Below, one piece after another: positions 52,410-64,000 of a DNA stretch of 64,000 nucleotides. The notes under the pieces were generated by a model. That model was not told where the DNA came from. It worked only from the letters and a program-made list of their open reading frames with translations, and did no database searches. Location: positions 223,696,001 through 223,760,000 of the forward strand of contig OZ024742.1 of the NCBI GenBank assembly GCA_964016885.1, given 5' to 3'. Position 1 is the first letter of the stretch; every line of letters begins with the position of its first letter. Position numbers and translations under genes: made by a program. The stretch comes from Eledone cirrhosa. Its lineage: Eukaryota.

Positions 52410-52736
52410 GGAGGCACATGGCTTAGTGGTTAGAGCATTGGCCTTGCAATCGAAAGGTTGTGAGTTCAATTCTCAGACCGGGTGATGTGTTGTTTCCTTG
52501 AGCAAGACACTTTATTTCACATTGCTCCAGTTTACTCAGCTGTAGAAATGAGATGATAGGTACTGGGGTCCACTGCAAAGTGGTCGTGGAGGTGCCACGG
52601 CAAAAAAGCACCCATCACTCACTGTAAATGAGGTTGGTGTTAGGAAGGGCATCCAGCCGTAGAAATCAAGCCAAAATCAGTTCCCGTCTCACCCTTGCAA
52701 GCAGGGAAAAAGCGGACGTAAAATGAAATGATGATG
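52410..52736 (+). mobile_element. SINE family 2 copy in an ANKRD11/12 intron
   Basis: Same head, body and tail as 23767-24113. Confidence 0.88.
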
Positions 52737-52787
52737 AAAAGACTAAACAAAAACCTATTGCAGTAAGATAGAATATAAATAACTAAC

Positions 52788-52931
52788 CTGTTCCACTTCA
52801 ATAAGATTATAAATCTCTTCATCTCGAAGAATTGTGCAAACACTTAAAGGGACTGCTTGATTATTTTGAGCTCTGGCTGCCCTAGCATGTTCCCGTAACA
52901 TCTCTTGCTCAATAGAAAGCATTAACTTCTC
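52788..52931 (-). CDS. ANKRD11/12: ANKRD11/12-like exon (EKLMLSIEQEMLREHARAARAQNNQAVPLSVCTILRDEEIYNLIEVEQ)
   Basis: 48 codons. EKLxxSxEQExLRxHxRAAR...NQxVPxSxCTxLxDxExYN motif. Confidence 0.96.
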
Positions 52932-54380
52932 CTACAAAATGAACAACATAAAGCGTTAGAATTAGGGAGGGAGAGATTGAAAAAAAAAACAAAAACAAAA
53001 AGGAAACTCAATTGAAAATTACACTTTTTTAATTCCTGAGAGATGAGGAATTATTATTATTATTGCATGCTGTCACTACATTACTGAACATAGCTCTGTG
53101 TGCCTTGGTTATGTGCAGTGTATTTGATGGTGGTGTTTCTATCGTATTGAAAGTAGCCTTTGAATATATGTACAGTGTAGAAGTGCTATTTCTATATGTT
53201 GTGCATGTTGTAAGTCCTGGGGTACTCTTCATAATATGCATGCAGTACCTTCTAGTGTTATTTTCTTTATGTTGTATATATTTTCTAGGTTCTGGAGTTA
53301 GGGTTATGTTGCTGTTTGAGCACCTATTATAGAGATTGTTCTGTTTACACAGCACATTTGGTTATTTCTAGCTTCAAATCATTATATTTGGATAATTATC
53401 CCATTTCCTTCATAGATATATTGTCATTGCGGAAAGGGGGGGGGGGGGGGTGTCCATTAAAAAGCATTTCTTTTTTTTCGTGGTCTTTGACTACAATATC
53501 TGGTTGGTTGGTTGGTTTTGATCTCCCTGTCTGTGAGTATTGGTTCGTATATTACTATTATTAGGAAGATGGATTGGCAGTATCGCTAGAGTGTTAGACA
53601 AAACACCATGGTGTTTGTTCAGAGTTTTTACATTCAGAGTTCAAACCTCTTTGTGGTCAATTTGCCTTTCATCCTCCTAGGGTTGATAAAATATAGTACC
53701 AGTCAAGTATTGGGGTTCATTTAATCGACTTTTCCCTCAGTTCAAAAATTGTTAGCCTTGTGTCTTAATTAGAAATAATTATTATTATAAATTGATTTAT
53801 TCAAACTAATGTTTTCATCTTAGTTTTTAAGACAACAGATTTAAATTCTTCACATACATTGAAGAAACCGTTTTAGCTCAGAAAACAGAAAATATATATC
53901 AAGAAAATGTTTGTAGTAACTACAGAGGTAAAACCAGCACATAAAAGTTAACATGTTTCTTAGTAATTTTCTCATGAAAAACACTGCCTATGATTTTCAA
54001 ATAATTTTGAACATAAAATTTGAAGGGATTTAGTAATATAACTCACTTTCTCACTATCAACCCTTTAGCATTTAAACCGGCCAAAGTTCTCTCACCTCTT
54101 TCTGTTCAAACCCACCCTCATACTAACTTTAAGTAATAATATCAAAATCTCGTAGATTCGATATTATGTGAGATAATGCCTTTACCATGAAAATATATTA
54201 GTATATATAGAATAATGTAAATGCTAAAGGATTAAACAAGTGTTTGAAACAACTTAAAGGTTCTTACATAAAAATCATGTTGGAAGGTTTTTAAATAAAT
54301 ATAAACATTCTAAAATAAAGAGGTGGTTTCAGATGGTTTAATATCAAAACGGTTAATGGTAGAAAACTAATTTTTCTTAC

Positions 54381-54479
54381 CTTTTCAATAAGGTGTTGTA
54401 ATCTTAGCTTATACCGAGCTTGTTCTTGATCTAAGAATAAATCTCTCATTAATCCAGTTACTGAATTTGGAGGGGAGAG
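54381..54479 (-). CDS. ANKRD11/12: ANKRD11/12-like exon (LSPPNSVTGLMRDLFLDQEQARYKLRLQHLIEK)
   Basis: 33 codons, canonical splice sites, KLRLQHxIE motif. Confidence 0.95.
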
Positions 54480-54836
54480 CTACAAAGATAAGAATCAACA
54501 CATTATATATATATATATATACATAAATAAAGCACAGCTCGTACAAACATACACACACATAAGCATGTAAATGTACAATAAGGCACAGCTCATACAAGTA
54601 GTACATTTATATTACATTTATATTTTCTAAAATGTTATTTAGTGTATCAATAATAATATATGTGGATGTGTCTGAGTTAAGGTGGTATTTAGAACAGCAT
54701 TTTAAGAAAGAATTTTTGCATAAATTTTTTTAAACACTTTTAAAACCATGATGTTGAGATGGTTCCAGGCAGTTTTATCAGAAGGTTTAATGATAGTAAA
54801 AAAAAAAAGTTATTTTTTTCAAACTGATTCACTAAC

Positions 54837-54965
54837 CATAGGAACAGATAAGGTGCTGGCAGAGTTTCCTTGTAACACATAACTACAACTCATCATCAGA
54901 TAATCCTTGAATCCCTGCGGGGCCTTCGGATGTACTACTGTTAAGTTTTTCCGTCGATCTTCCAC
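54837..54965 (-). CDS. ANKRD11/12: ANKRD11/12-like exon (VEDRRKNLTVVHPKAPQGFKDYLMMSCSYVLQGNSASTLSVPM)
   Basis: 43 codons, phase 0-0. Matches PQAPQxYxEYxxxxxSYLLxG. Confidence 0.95.
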
Positions 54966-55189
54966 CTGTCAGGAAAACAACAGAGTAACATTATCACCTG
55001 AACAATAACTAGGATGTACAGGAATCAGAAAGGTGAAATTCAGTAAATAAATAGTTAACGTTACCATGGTAACACATTACACTTACTTTGTTGTTATACC
55101 ATAGGATCAATAGATCAAACAAATAAAAAAAAAAAATGAAATATATTCACCTGCTCTCCAGTCCATTCAGCTGGAAAAAATGTGATTCA

Positions 55190-55590
55190 AAGGGCCAGCC
55201 TTGTCACATACACTGTGTCACGCTGAATCTCCCTGAGAATTATGTTAAATGTACTATATGCATTTGTGGAATGCTCAACCACTTGCACTATATTACAGGA
55301 TGGACTGTACTTGTATTTCAAAGAGCTCAGTTTCATCATAAACTATGTCATGCTGAATCTCCCTGAGAATTATGTTAAGTGTACTACACACATTTTCAGA
55401 ATGCTCAGTCACTTGCACTATAATATAAGATGGACTGTACCTGTGATTCAAAGGGGGCTCAGTCTTGTCACTGAATCATCCTGAGAATTATATTAAGTGT
55501 ATTGCATGTCTGAGGAATGCTCAGCTAATTGTACCAATGATTTAAATCACTCAGCTTTATTACACTGTGTCATGCTAAATTTCCCTGAAA
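55190..55590. repeat. ~120-130-bp diverged tandem repeat, x3-4
   Basis: ctgaatctccctgagaattatgttaa...gaatgctca..cacttgcacta recurring. Confidence 0.8.
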
Positions 55591-55594
55591 ATCA

Positions 55595-55813
55595 TTAACC
55601 CTTTAGCATTTAAACCGACCAGAATTCTCTCACCACTTCCTGTTCAAACCAGCCATTACTAGCGATTCATACTGATGTGAAGGTATTATTCTCAAAATAA
55701 ATAATATCAAAATCTCAAAGATTCAATATTATATAAGATAATTATGTGAGATAAAGCCTTTGCCACAAAAATACAATAGTATATATAGAGTAATGTAAAT
55801 GCTAAAGAGTTAA
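55595..55813. mobile_element. piggyBac-type MITE family A (also 30978-31192, ~38100-38320, 39493-39654, 49065-49233, 54058-54235)
   Basis: TTAA-CCCTTTAGCATTTA...TAAATGCTAAAG(G/A)G-TTAA ends and a shared body. Confidence 0.85.
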
Positions 55814-56564
55814 GGTACTATATGAGTCAGTAGAATGTTCAGTCATCTGCACATTAATTTCATAAGCAGGCTGTTCTATTATTCATACTGGAATAGTCGT
55901 CAGAACCGTTGGATATTGAAATGAAATAAAATTTACAGCTCACACCTATGTAGGCTTAGCTGGCTGCCCACAAGATGATATCACATAGAAAGTTTCTTGG
56001 GTGTTTTAATGATAGGGGCCCCAGGGTTGTTATTCTTATAGCTCACACCTATGTAAGTTTAGCTAGACTCCTCCATGGTTGTATCTCATCGAAGGTTTCT
56101 TAGGTGTTTTAATGACTGGGGTCCCAATCCTATCATCAAAAAGAATGTGAAAAGAATTAGTTGGCTCAAGAACACAATGTGCCACCCAATTCCAGGAATC
56201 TAATCTACGTCTTTGTGATATTGAGTTCACATTATATATAATATATGTATGACAGGTGTGTTTAACAAAAGACACTTTTGGTTAGATGTTTTGTTAGAAA
56301 TCTCGATGGAATATGGAATATTTTAGCACAAAAACTAATCACCCTTCAGCAATTCAGCAACAGCAAATCAAATTTCCTAAATCAATGAAACAGAACACAA
56401 TTTATTTGAATGGGATTAAATCGGAAATTTATAAAACAAAAACAAAAAAAAAACATTACACATATTAAATTATAAAGCAAACTTATATGTGCTGCTTATA
56501 TAAGTTATTTATATAATGAAATATTATGTACTATTATATGATGATGATGATGTGTGTGTATGTT

Positions 56565-56605
<41 letters not shown>

Positions 56606-59203
56606 CATAAGTAGGGAATAGCTTTTTTTTTTTCAAATGTTATATTGAAAACACCATTGTGCTTCAGTTTGATCATTTTAAATAAGGATTTTTCATAATT
56701 CTTTATGCTAAATTTGGAATAATAGCATGCCAAAATCCATTTGTATTAATGTTTCAAAACCTTCATGGATCAGAATGGTCATACTAGTGGTGTATTGGTC
56801 ACGCACTTAGCAGTGGATGTAAAGAATTATGGAAGCTGTATGAAGTCATGAGCACCTAATTTAAAATTTCTCAATGGTTGTATGGTAGCTATTATAACTA
56901 GTTTTATGTATGTAATAATTTTTGGTATTAGTAAAACCTCCAAATTACTTGCCTTGTTTTGTGCGGAATTCTATAAAGAATTATAGTATTATCAACTAAT
57001 TTAGTCCTATCTATTTTTCAGCATGTACTGTAAGGAAATGTGTCGCAATGGCTCCTTGTTGTAATTACATGGTTAACAGATAGGATAGTGCTAAGCTTAT
57101 GTGTGATCAAGGTAACAATTTTAGCAATGAAATACACAATATTCATGTTTATATTAAATTATACCATTGATAGGAAAGACATTCAGCCATAGAAAGCTTG
57201 CCAAATAAAGGGTTGGGAGGACCCTTCAGTTGTGTCAAACACATGACAACCTCTCTTGTGCACTCGGTAGAACTTGAGACCATACATAAGCAAGATAACC
57301 TGCCTGGGAGGTCAGTAGCCTGGCTTTAATACTGACTTGGTTTATATAGACCCGTCCAACCCTTGCTACAAGAAAAACAGACATTAAAACAACAATGATG
57401 ATACGTGATCATCTGCAGTATGTTCTGTGGTTTACCAGTCTGTGGTTTCATATTGAGAAGGATGGTTTTCATTTCAGTGATTTTGTAATATATTCTAACA
57501 ATGAATTTATGGTTAAGAGCAGGGCATGTATGACCATTCTGATTCTGAAGATGGACTGTAAAGTTCTTGAAGTGTTAATACACAAATGGATTTAAGAATG
57601 TTACTGTACCAAACCAAACCAAACAAACAAAGAACTAACAAAGAAAAATCCTTAATAAGACTGATCAAACTGGAGTAGAATTATGTTTTCAATATATATA
57701 TGCCATATATACTAAATCCCTCCAGGGATGGTTTCAGGTGGCTTGGTATCAAAACGAGTAAGAAGTACTGTTGGAACCAGACCACATTCCCATGAAGTGG
57801 TAGAAACACACTTTCTTCTAGATGAAAAAAAAAAAAAAAACAGTCTGCCCCATGGTTCACCTCTCAGGTGCTGCTGATGTTACTAATATTTTCTAGTTCA
57901 GTGGACTGTAGCAACACAAAACTGGTGTCTTATTCAAAGACACCATATGTCGCCTAGTCCAAGAATTGAATATACAACCTTACAACCATGAACCCAACAT
58001 CCAACCCCCTAGATTAAGATGGCAATTTATTGTTATTTGTGCAAAGATCTAAACTGCAAGCTCTAAACGTGCACCTAAGACCTATTTACACTTATCTGGA
58101 CCAAACTATGATAAATTAAGATATTAAATTTCAATCATTAATAATCCTATTTGCATCAAATTTAATTTTTTTCATTCCCTCTCCTCCATCTCTATTACTA
58201 TCTATCACTTGATCTTTCTCTCTGTAGCAAATATGTGGCTACCATTACTATCTCTTCCATTACCCTCTCCATAACTGTCTCTACAGTATGCCCACCACCA
58301 CTGCATACCTTCATGTACCCCCCCCCTATTACTCCTACTCTCTTCACTCACCTATTATTGCCCTTGCTACAATTCACCCTCTTGGTCATGTTGCTTTGAA
58401 AGAGCAGAGGCACTGTAGAGTAGTGAGGACTTTTTAGCCTTGTGATGTATAAGACAACCTCACTAATGCTGATGTTATAATAAAATGCACACGGTACGTG
58501 TAAAGTGGTTGATGATTAAATATTGAAAATACTCTTTAGTTGTGTCAAAGACATGCTAACCTCCTTAGTGCCAGTGCAATGATAAAATACATCCAGTACA
58601 CTTTGTAAAGAGGCTAATATTAAGGACATCTATATGCAAAAAATGGAACCAATGAGTGTAACATGGTTCCTGGTTATTCTAAGAGAGCAGTAACTCTAAA
58701 TATGAACTGACTTGAGCCACAGCAATCTGTCTAATCCATGCCAGCATGGAGAGCTGATGTAAAATGATGGAATAACTTTTGATATTTAACTATACTTATT
58801 TCTATCCATAGCAGACTAGATATACATATAGATGTTAGAAAGGCAGTCCAGCTGCAGAAATAATGCCAAAATATGGAACATATGAACAAGTCAGATATTT
58901 TATAAGCAGACACTCAAGGTTTTAAGGTTTTAAATAGCAGACTGAGATTCTTAACCATTTTGTTACCACAATGAAAGGCAATGCCTATGATTTTCAAATG
59001 ATTTTGAAAATAATCAGGAATATTAACGGATTTATTATTAGGCATATTGGTTCTTATACAAAATTTTGAAGAGGTTTTTAATTTCGAATTTAAAATAAAG
59101 AACTTGGAGGGATTTAGTAATATAACTTTTTCATTAGGCTGACGTTTAGAGCATAACTAGGGTTCTTCCATAAAATTGTTTGGAAGGATTTTAGATAAAC
59201 ACT

Positions 59204-59460
59204 TTAACCTTTTTGTTACCACATTTCTAATGAAATCCATGGTCTATGATTTTCAAATAATTTTTAGAGAGAAAAAAAATCAAGAATTTGGAGGATTTAA
59301 TAACAAGACAAACTTTCTCATTGTTAAGTTGGAGTATTTGGAGCATAATTTAATAAAATTGTGATGAAAGATTTTTAGATAAATATAAACACTAAAAATA
59401 AACAGTTTTATATTACAGAACCAGGTGTAGTTTCAGAAGGCCTAGTATCAAAAAGGTTAA
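59204..59460. mobile_element. piggyBac-type MITE family B (also 60545-60747, ~3738-3990, ~1070-1500, ~45070-45480, ~53960-54355)
   Basis: TTAA-CCTTTT...ATCAAAAAGG-TTAA ends and a shared AT-rich body. Confidence 0.72.
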
Positions 59461-59614
59461 AATAGTTAAACAAAGGTATAGTGGTGTTTTGCAGCAGCAG
59501 GCAACTGGGTACATAATGGGCCAAGGCCAGATATAGCAACACTTGATAGACCATGATAAAATGAGTATAAATAGGAAAAAAAATATTGAAACTTGTTATC
59601 ACCTTTTTTCTTAC

Positions 59615-59877
59615 CTGTTTCCTTATTGAAAGATAGGTTTTATATGGGTTTGGTGGCTTTTCAAGAATGATGGGGTGAGAAGTAGTGGCCTCGGTGCTTT
59701 GTGTTTGGTCACCTTTAGGTCGTAACTTTCTTTTCCTTGGATGGATATTAAGGTCTTCACATTCTTCTCCGGCTGAGGATACAGCACTAGTTGTAGAAGA
59801 TGTGAGTGTTGGAGGAAATTTTTGCCCTTTTATACTACTAAGTGAGTCATTTACTTGTGGTTGACTATCTAATCCAC
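59615..59877 (-). CDS. ANKRD11/12: ANKRD11/12-like exon (...HPRKRKLRP...KPPNPYKTYLSIRKQ); larger upstream part beyond the window
   Basis: AG/GTAAG boundaries. HPRKRK and NPYxxYLxIRK match the ANKRD11/12 C-terminal region. Confidence 0.93.
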
Positions 59878-61654
59878 CTGAAAATAAAATAATAAATCTT
59901 TATTTAATACTAATAAAATGGTGCATATAATAATAAGAGCACTGGGTATGTTAAAAAATTATGAACAAAAACACACAAGCCACACTAGGAAACAACCCAC
60001 ATCCTGTACAAGACATTATTGATTCAATAGCACAGATCAAACAATAATTGTCACAACACACACCATGTTCAATAAGCACCAAATAAAATAACACAACACA
60101 TACTCTACATTATACACAACAGAACAAACAGTAAAATAACACCAGAAACAAGTTAACCCCCATAACACAACAAGACTGATACAGTACACTAAGGCATCTA
60201 TACTTTCACAATCCTCACAAAAATAAGAACACACAATGCTGCACAGACACCTCAGGAACACATGTGCACCAGTTGATACAACAGAAACTTGCATGAAACA
60301 AACAAAGATATAATGGTTTCTAATTTAAGGACAAGGCTGGCAATTTGGAGGAGTGGAACAGTTGACCCTAGAAGTTACAGATTGATATGGAAATGTATTT
60401 TCCTATATTTCTTTACATTGTATAAATGCAATATGCCTTTACAAATTCTTCTTTACAGTATTCTGTATTTACAGACCACAATAATAACTTTCTTTTTTCT
60501 ATTTCTATTAAAAAAATCCTTTTGTTTAGTCAAGTTTCATTGGTTTAACCCTTTCATTATCATATTTTTAATGAAAGTCTACTATGATTTTCAAATAATC
60601 AAAGCTGGTGTTAGGAACAAAGCTTCTAAAGTTCTTTCATAAAATTATGATGGAAAGTTTTTAGATAAATACAAACATTTTAAAATAAACAGCTTTGTAT
60701 CATAGAACCAGAGGCATTTTCTGGTGGTCTGGTATCAAAGGGGTTAAATATGTTAACTTGTACTAGTATGGGTTGGGTACATTTTGCAAACAGATACTTC
60801 CAATAGTGGGATCGCATGTTTGTACAGTTACTTCCCCTTTTCAATACAAAGGGAGAAAGAGAGTACCTTTTATTAAGCAAGCTGTACTTAATGGCATATT
60901 TTATGTATAATTGATTGCAGTCTCTTTTAGTTAGTGGCTTACTGAAAAGATTTCATTGAAACAGTATGGTTAGTAAACCAGTTGATCATTTATTTGCATT
61001 TTTTCTTTTACTTTTAACAATTTCATGTCTTCGCTTACTTGATACTGTCCCCTTAAAATCAGGGTTGTAAAAGACCTGGCCCAAATGGTTGCAACAGAGT
61101 GAGCTCTGCTAAAGATGTTCAACGACCAAGAGAAGGCTTAAGCCTATCACCCAAATAGGCCACATCAGGATTTGAATACAGAATGTAAAGTGCCAGAACA
61201 AATACCATAAGGCATCAGGTTCAATGCCTTAATAATTTCTTTAATCCACCATCCTAGATATGAATAACTGGTGTGGAGTAGGGAAGGTACCCTTAAACCA
61301 GGGATTAGGCTCAAAATCTGGTGTATGGGGCATAAAATTCTTACATAATATTATCACAAGGTTTTTAGAGACACACATACATTTTAATCATGTCAAAAGG
61401 TTGACAGAGAAAGCTTGATAAACAAAATGATGGGAGGACTCTTCAGCTGTGTCATAGACAGGACAATCTTTTTAGTGTTGGTGATCTACACGATAAACAC
61501 ACCCTGTAAACTCTGTCAAATGGTTGATGATGGAAAGGGCATCCAGTCATATAAAACCTATCAAACAAAGGGTCAAGAGGACACTTCAGCTTTGTTAAAG
61601 GCAGAACAACCTCCCTAGTGTTGGTGTCATGATAAATTGCACTCAGTACAGCGG

Positions 61655-62120
61655 GGCATACACGACTCAGTCTTAACTACATCTAATGCTGCAGTGACTT
61701 CATCAAGGAAGGACCTGTATTCGAACTCTTTGTTTGATGCATAAACTTGCACCACCCACAGAGACCTATCTTTCAGCCTAAGCTTCAAGAGGCAAATCCT
61801 CCCTCTGAATAGGTTCCATAACACGTTCTGGCGCCACATCTGAATAGTGCAATCTTTGTGTGTCCATCCTACGCCTCGCAGGACAGTTTGCAGGCCCTTT
61901 GCCAGTTTTTGCGGCATGAAATGGAGATTGCAATATATTTTTCGAACAGGCCTCTCTACCTGAACACTAAATATTCCACTCACTTCATCCCCTCCTCTCA
62001 TCTCATTCCACAATCCTGATGTACCTCTCTTGTTATGCTCAACCCATTCATACAAGCATGGATGTATGGATATACTCCAAATTTGCTTCCCTGCCTCCCA
62101 TAATGCTGTTGCCATAACAA
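61655..62120 (-). mobile_element. LINE APE endonuclease fragment
   Basis: RICLLKLRLKDRSLWVVQVYASNKEFEY...FLDEV. Confidence 0.75.
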
Positions 62121-62941
62121 AAAGCACTTTCACCCTATAAGGAGGTTATATTGGTAACATGACATGATGCAGCTCCAAATGCACAAGATGGTTGTACTGG
62201 TAAAATGACAGGATATACCCAGTCCACTCTCTATACATGTCATGCTGATGACAGTGGAAAAAGCACTCAGTCCACCCGGTAAGGTGATTGTGATGGTGAC
62301 ATGCCAAAAAGCAGTCAGTCCACCCTGTAAGGGAATCATGATGGCGACATGCCAAAAGGCAGCCAGTCCACCCTGTAATGGTGACATGCCAAAAAGCAGT
62401 CGGTGCACTCTGTAAGGTGGTTGTGCTGGTGACACAACAAAAAATTGCTCATTCCACCGTTAGATGGTTGTTTTAGTGCCAAGATAAAAAGCGCCCAGTC
62501 CACACCAATGTGGTTTGTATTAGGAAGGGCATCTAAGCCATAGAAATCAAGCCAAAATACAGATCTGTATGAGTAAGACATCTCATAATGCGACAAACCG
62601 TCTAACCAATGCAAGTAGGGAATATGGACGTTAAATGATGATGATAATAAACACTTTAAAATACACTATTGTAGAAAGGAGATCACTACATTAAGAATTA
62701 ATTCTCAACATCCTCTAATGATTTATCAGAAAATATCTAAAAACATGTTTGTTAATTTAGATGTTTATAGTAACTTTAGTAGGGGATAGATTATTGTGAA
62801 AATTTGCAATGCTAACGTGGAAGATAGACGTTAAATGATGATGATGATGATGATATACTCTTAATACTGTTTTGTATTTTTCAAAAATGTACTGAAATAT
62901 GGTTTCATGCAGTACAAGACATTAAGAATTAACATTATAGA

Positions 62942-62996
<55 letters not shown>

Positions 62997-63011
62997 TATA
63001 TATAATATATA

Positions 63012-64000
63012 CAGGGTTGCTTAGTTCTTTGAGGACACGTCTTTTAATAACACTAACTTTTTTCGAACTTGTTCTGATTATCATTTCTTTTCAAATAAAT
63101 GATGACAGTTAACTCAGCAAATAAAAAGGTACTCTGTAATTGTTACCGTAAAGAGTAAAGATTTAGAGATTGTTCACTTCTTGAAAGTTGCATGGTCGTT
63201 TGTTGTCAAAGTCTGCAAGGAGCTGGAAGCTGCTGACAGGGATTCTACAGAAGTAGTCAAATGTAAAATGCCTGCTAAGTGCTCTAATACCATCAGAACA
63301 CCTAAATGTGTAAGGAAGATGCAGAAAATTATCAATAAGAACCCCAGAAAATCAATTAGCATCATTGCTAAGGAGCTCAAGGTTTCAAGACACACTAACA
63401 AAACAATCATGCTTGAGGACATTCGATACAAGTCATATGTGATGCAGAGAGGCCAATTCATGTTTGCAAAGACAACAGATAACTGTCTGATCCACACAAA
63501 GTGCTAGTTGAGGAAGTTGAGACATCAAGAGCCTGGAATGCTTTGGTTTTTCTCTGATGAGAAAAACTTTGATTGAGACCAAAATGACAGATGGTTATGC
63601 AAAGATCCTAAAGATGTTCCAAGGGTCATCCACACAAGAGACGTCATGCCTCCTCACTTCCTTCCTCAGGGTGTAAGGGCTGCTGACTATAAGGAGAGGG
63701 TTGTGATGTCTTGGATAGAGAGAGAACGATCAAAGGAAGATCATATACCTCCCAACAAGACTTTATATTGCCAAGATGACCCAAGAATGGATGAGTTACA
63801 ATCTACATGATCATGTCTCCCTAAACATATGGCCTCCTAGCTCCCAGACCGGAATCCGTTGGACTACTACATATGGGGCGTAGTCGAGAGGAAAGTTAAC
63901 AAACGCCTCCATAGCACTATAAAATCTCTGAAGTCTGCCATAACTAGCAAACTGTCCAAAATAGATAAAGATCATCTCTGATTTGGGCACGTCAATGTTT
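63012..64000 (+). mobile_element. Degenerate Tc1/mariner maT (DD37D-like) transposon running off the window
   Basis: TA-CAGGG start, FSDEKNF at ~63549, WPPSSPDRNPLDYYIWG at ~63830, HTH-like ORF 63181. Stops and frameshifts present. Confidence 0.85.

Noticed and set aside
53040-53540. ORFs of 82-108 aa in an ANKRD11/12 intron
   Set aside because: There are no compatible splice phases, and the flanking exons already join in frame. It is probably a decayed retroelement fragment I cannot classify.

Overview
AT-rich, repeat-dense eukaryotic (animal) genomic DNA. The SINE/LINE repertoire and microsatellite load look like an octopod cephalopod (inference). Two spliced, convergent genes can be assembled by hand. 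(1) On +, six phase-compatible exons (3382-20252) encode the C-terminal ~280 aa of a protein ending in a transcobalamin/intrinsic-factor beta-domain-like (DUF4430) module, preceded by a region I cannot assign. (2) On -, six exons (59877-48656) encode the conserved C-terminus of an ANKRD11/ANKRD12 orthologue. The rest is mobile DNA: one RTE-clade LINE with an intact ORF (APE + RT + inserted PHD-like finger, ~31398-35158), truncated and chimeric RTE copies, a modular SINE/LINE-tail family with an expandable 48-bp unit (22-copy array at ~14990-16005), DD41D and DD37D Tc1/mariner remnants, piggyBac-type TTAA MITEs, a Helitron-type element, CR1/L2 and Penelope remnants, and a nested palindrome at 24119-24542 retaining half of a hammerhead ribozyme. 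Most ORF-track entries are microsatellite or repeat artefacts. No CRISPR, rRNA or intact tRNA was seen.
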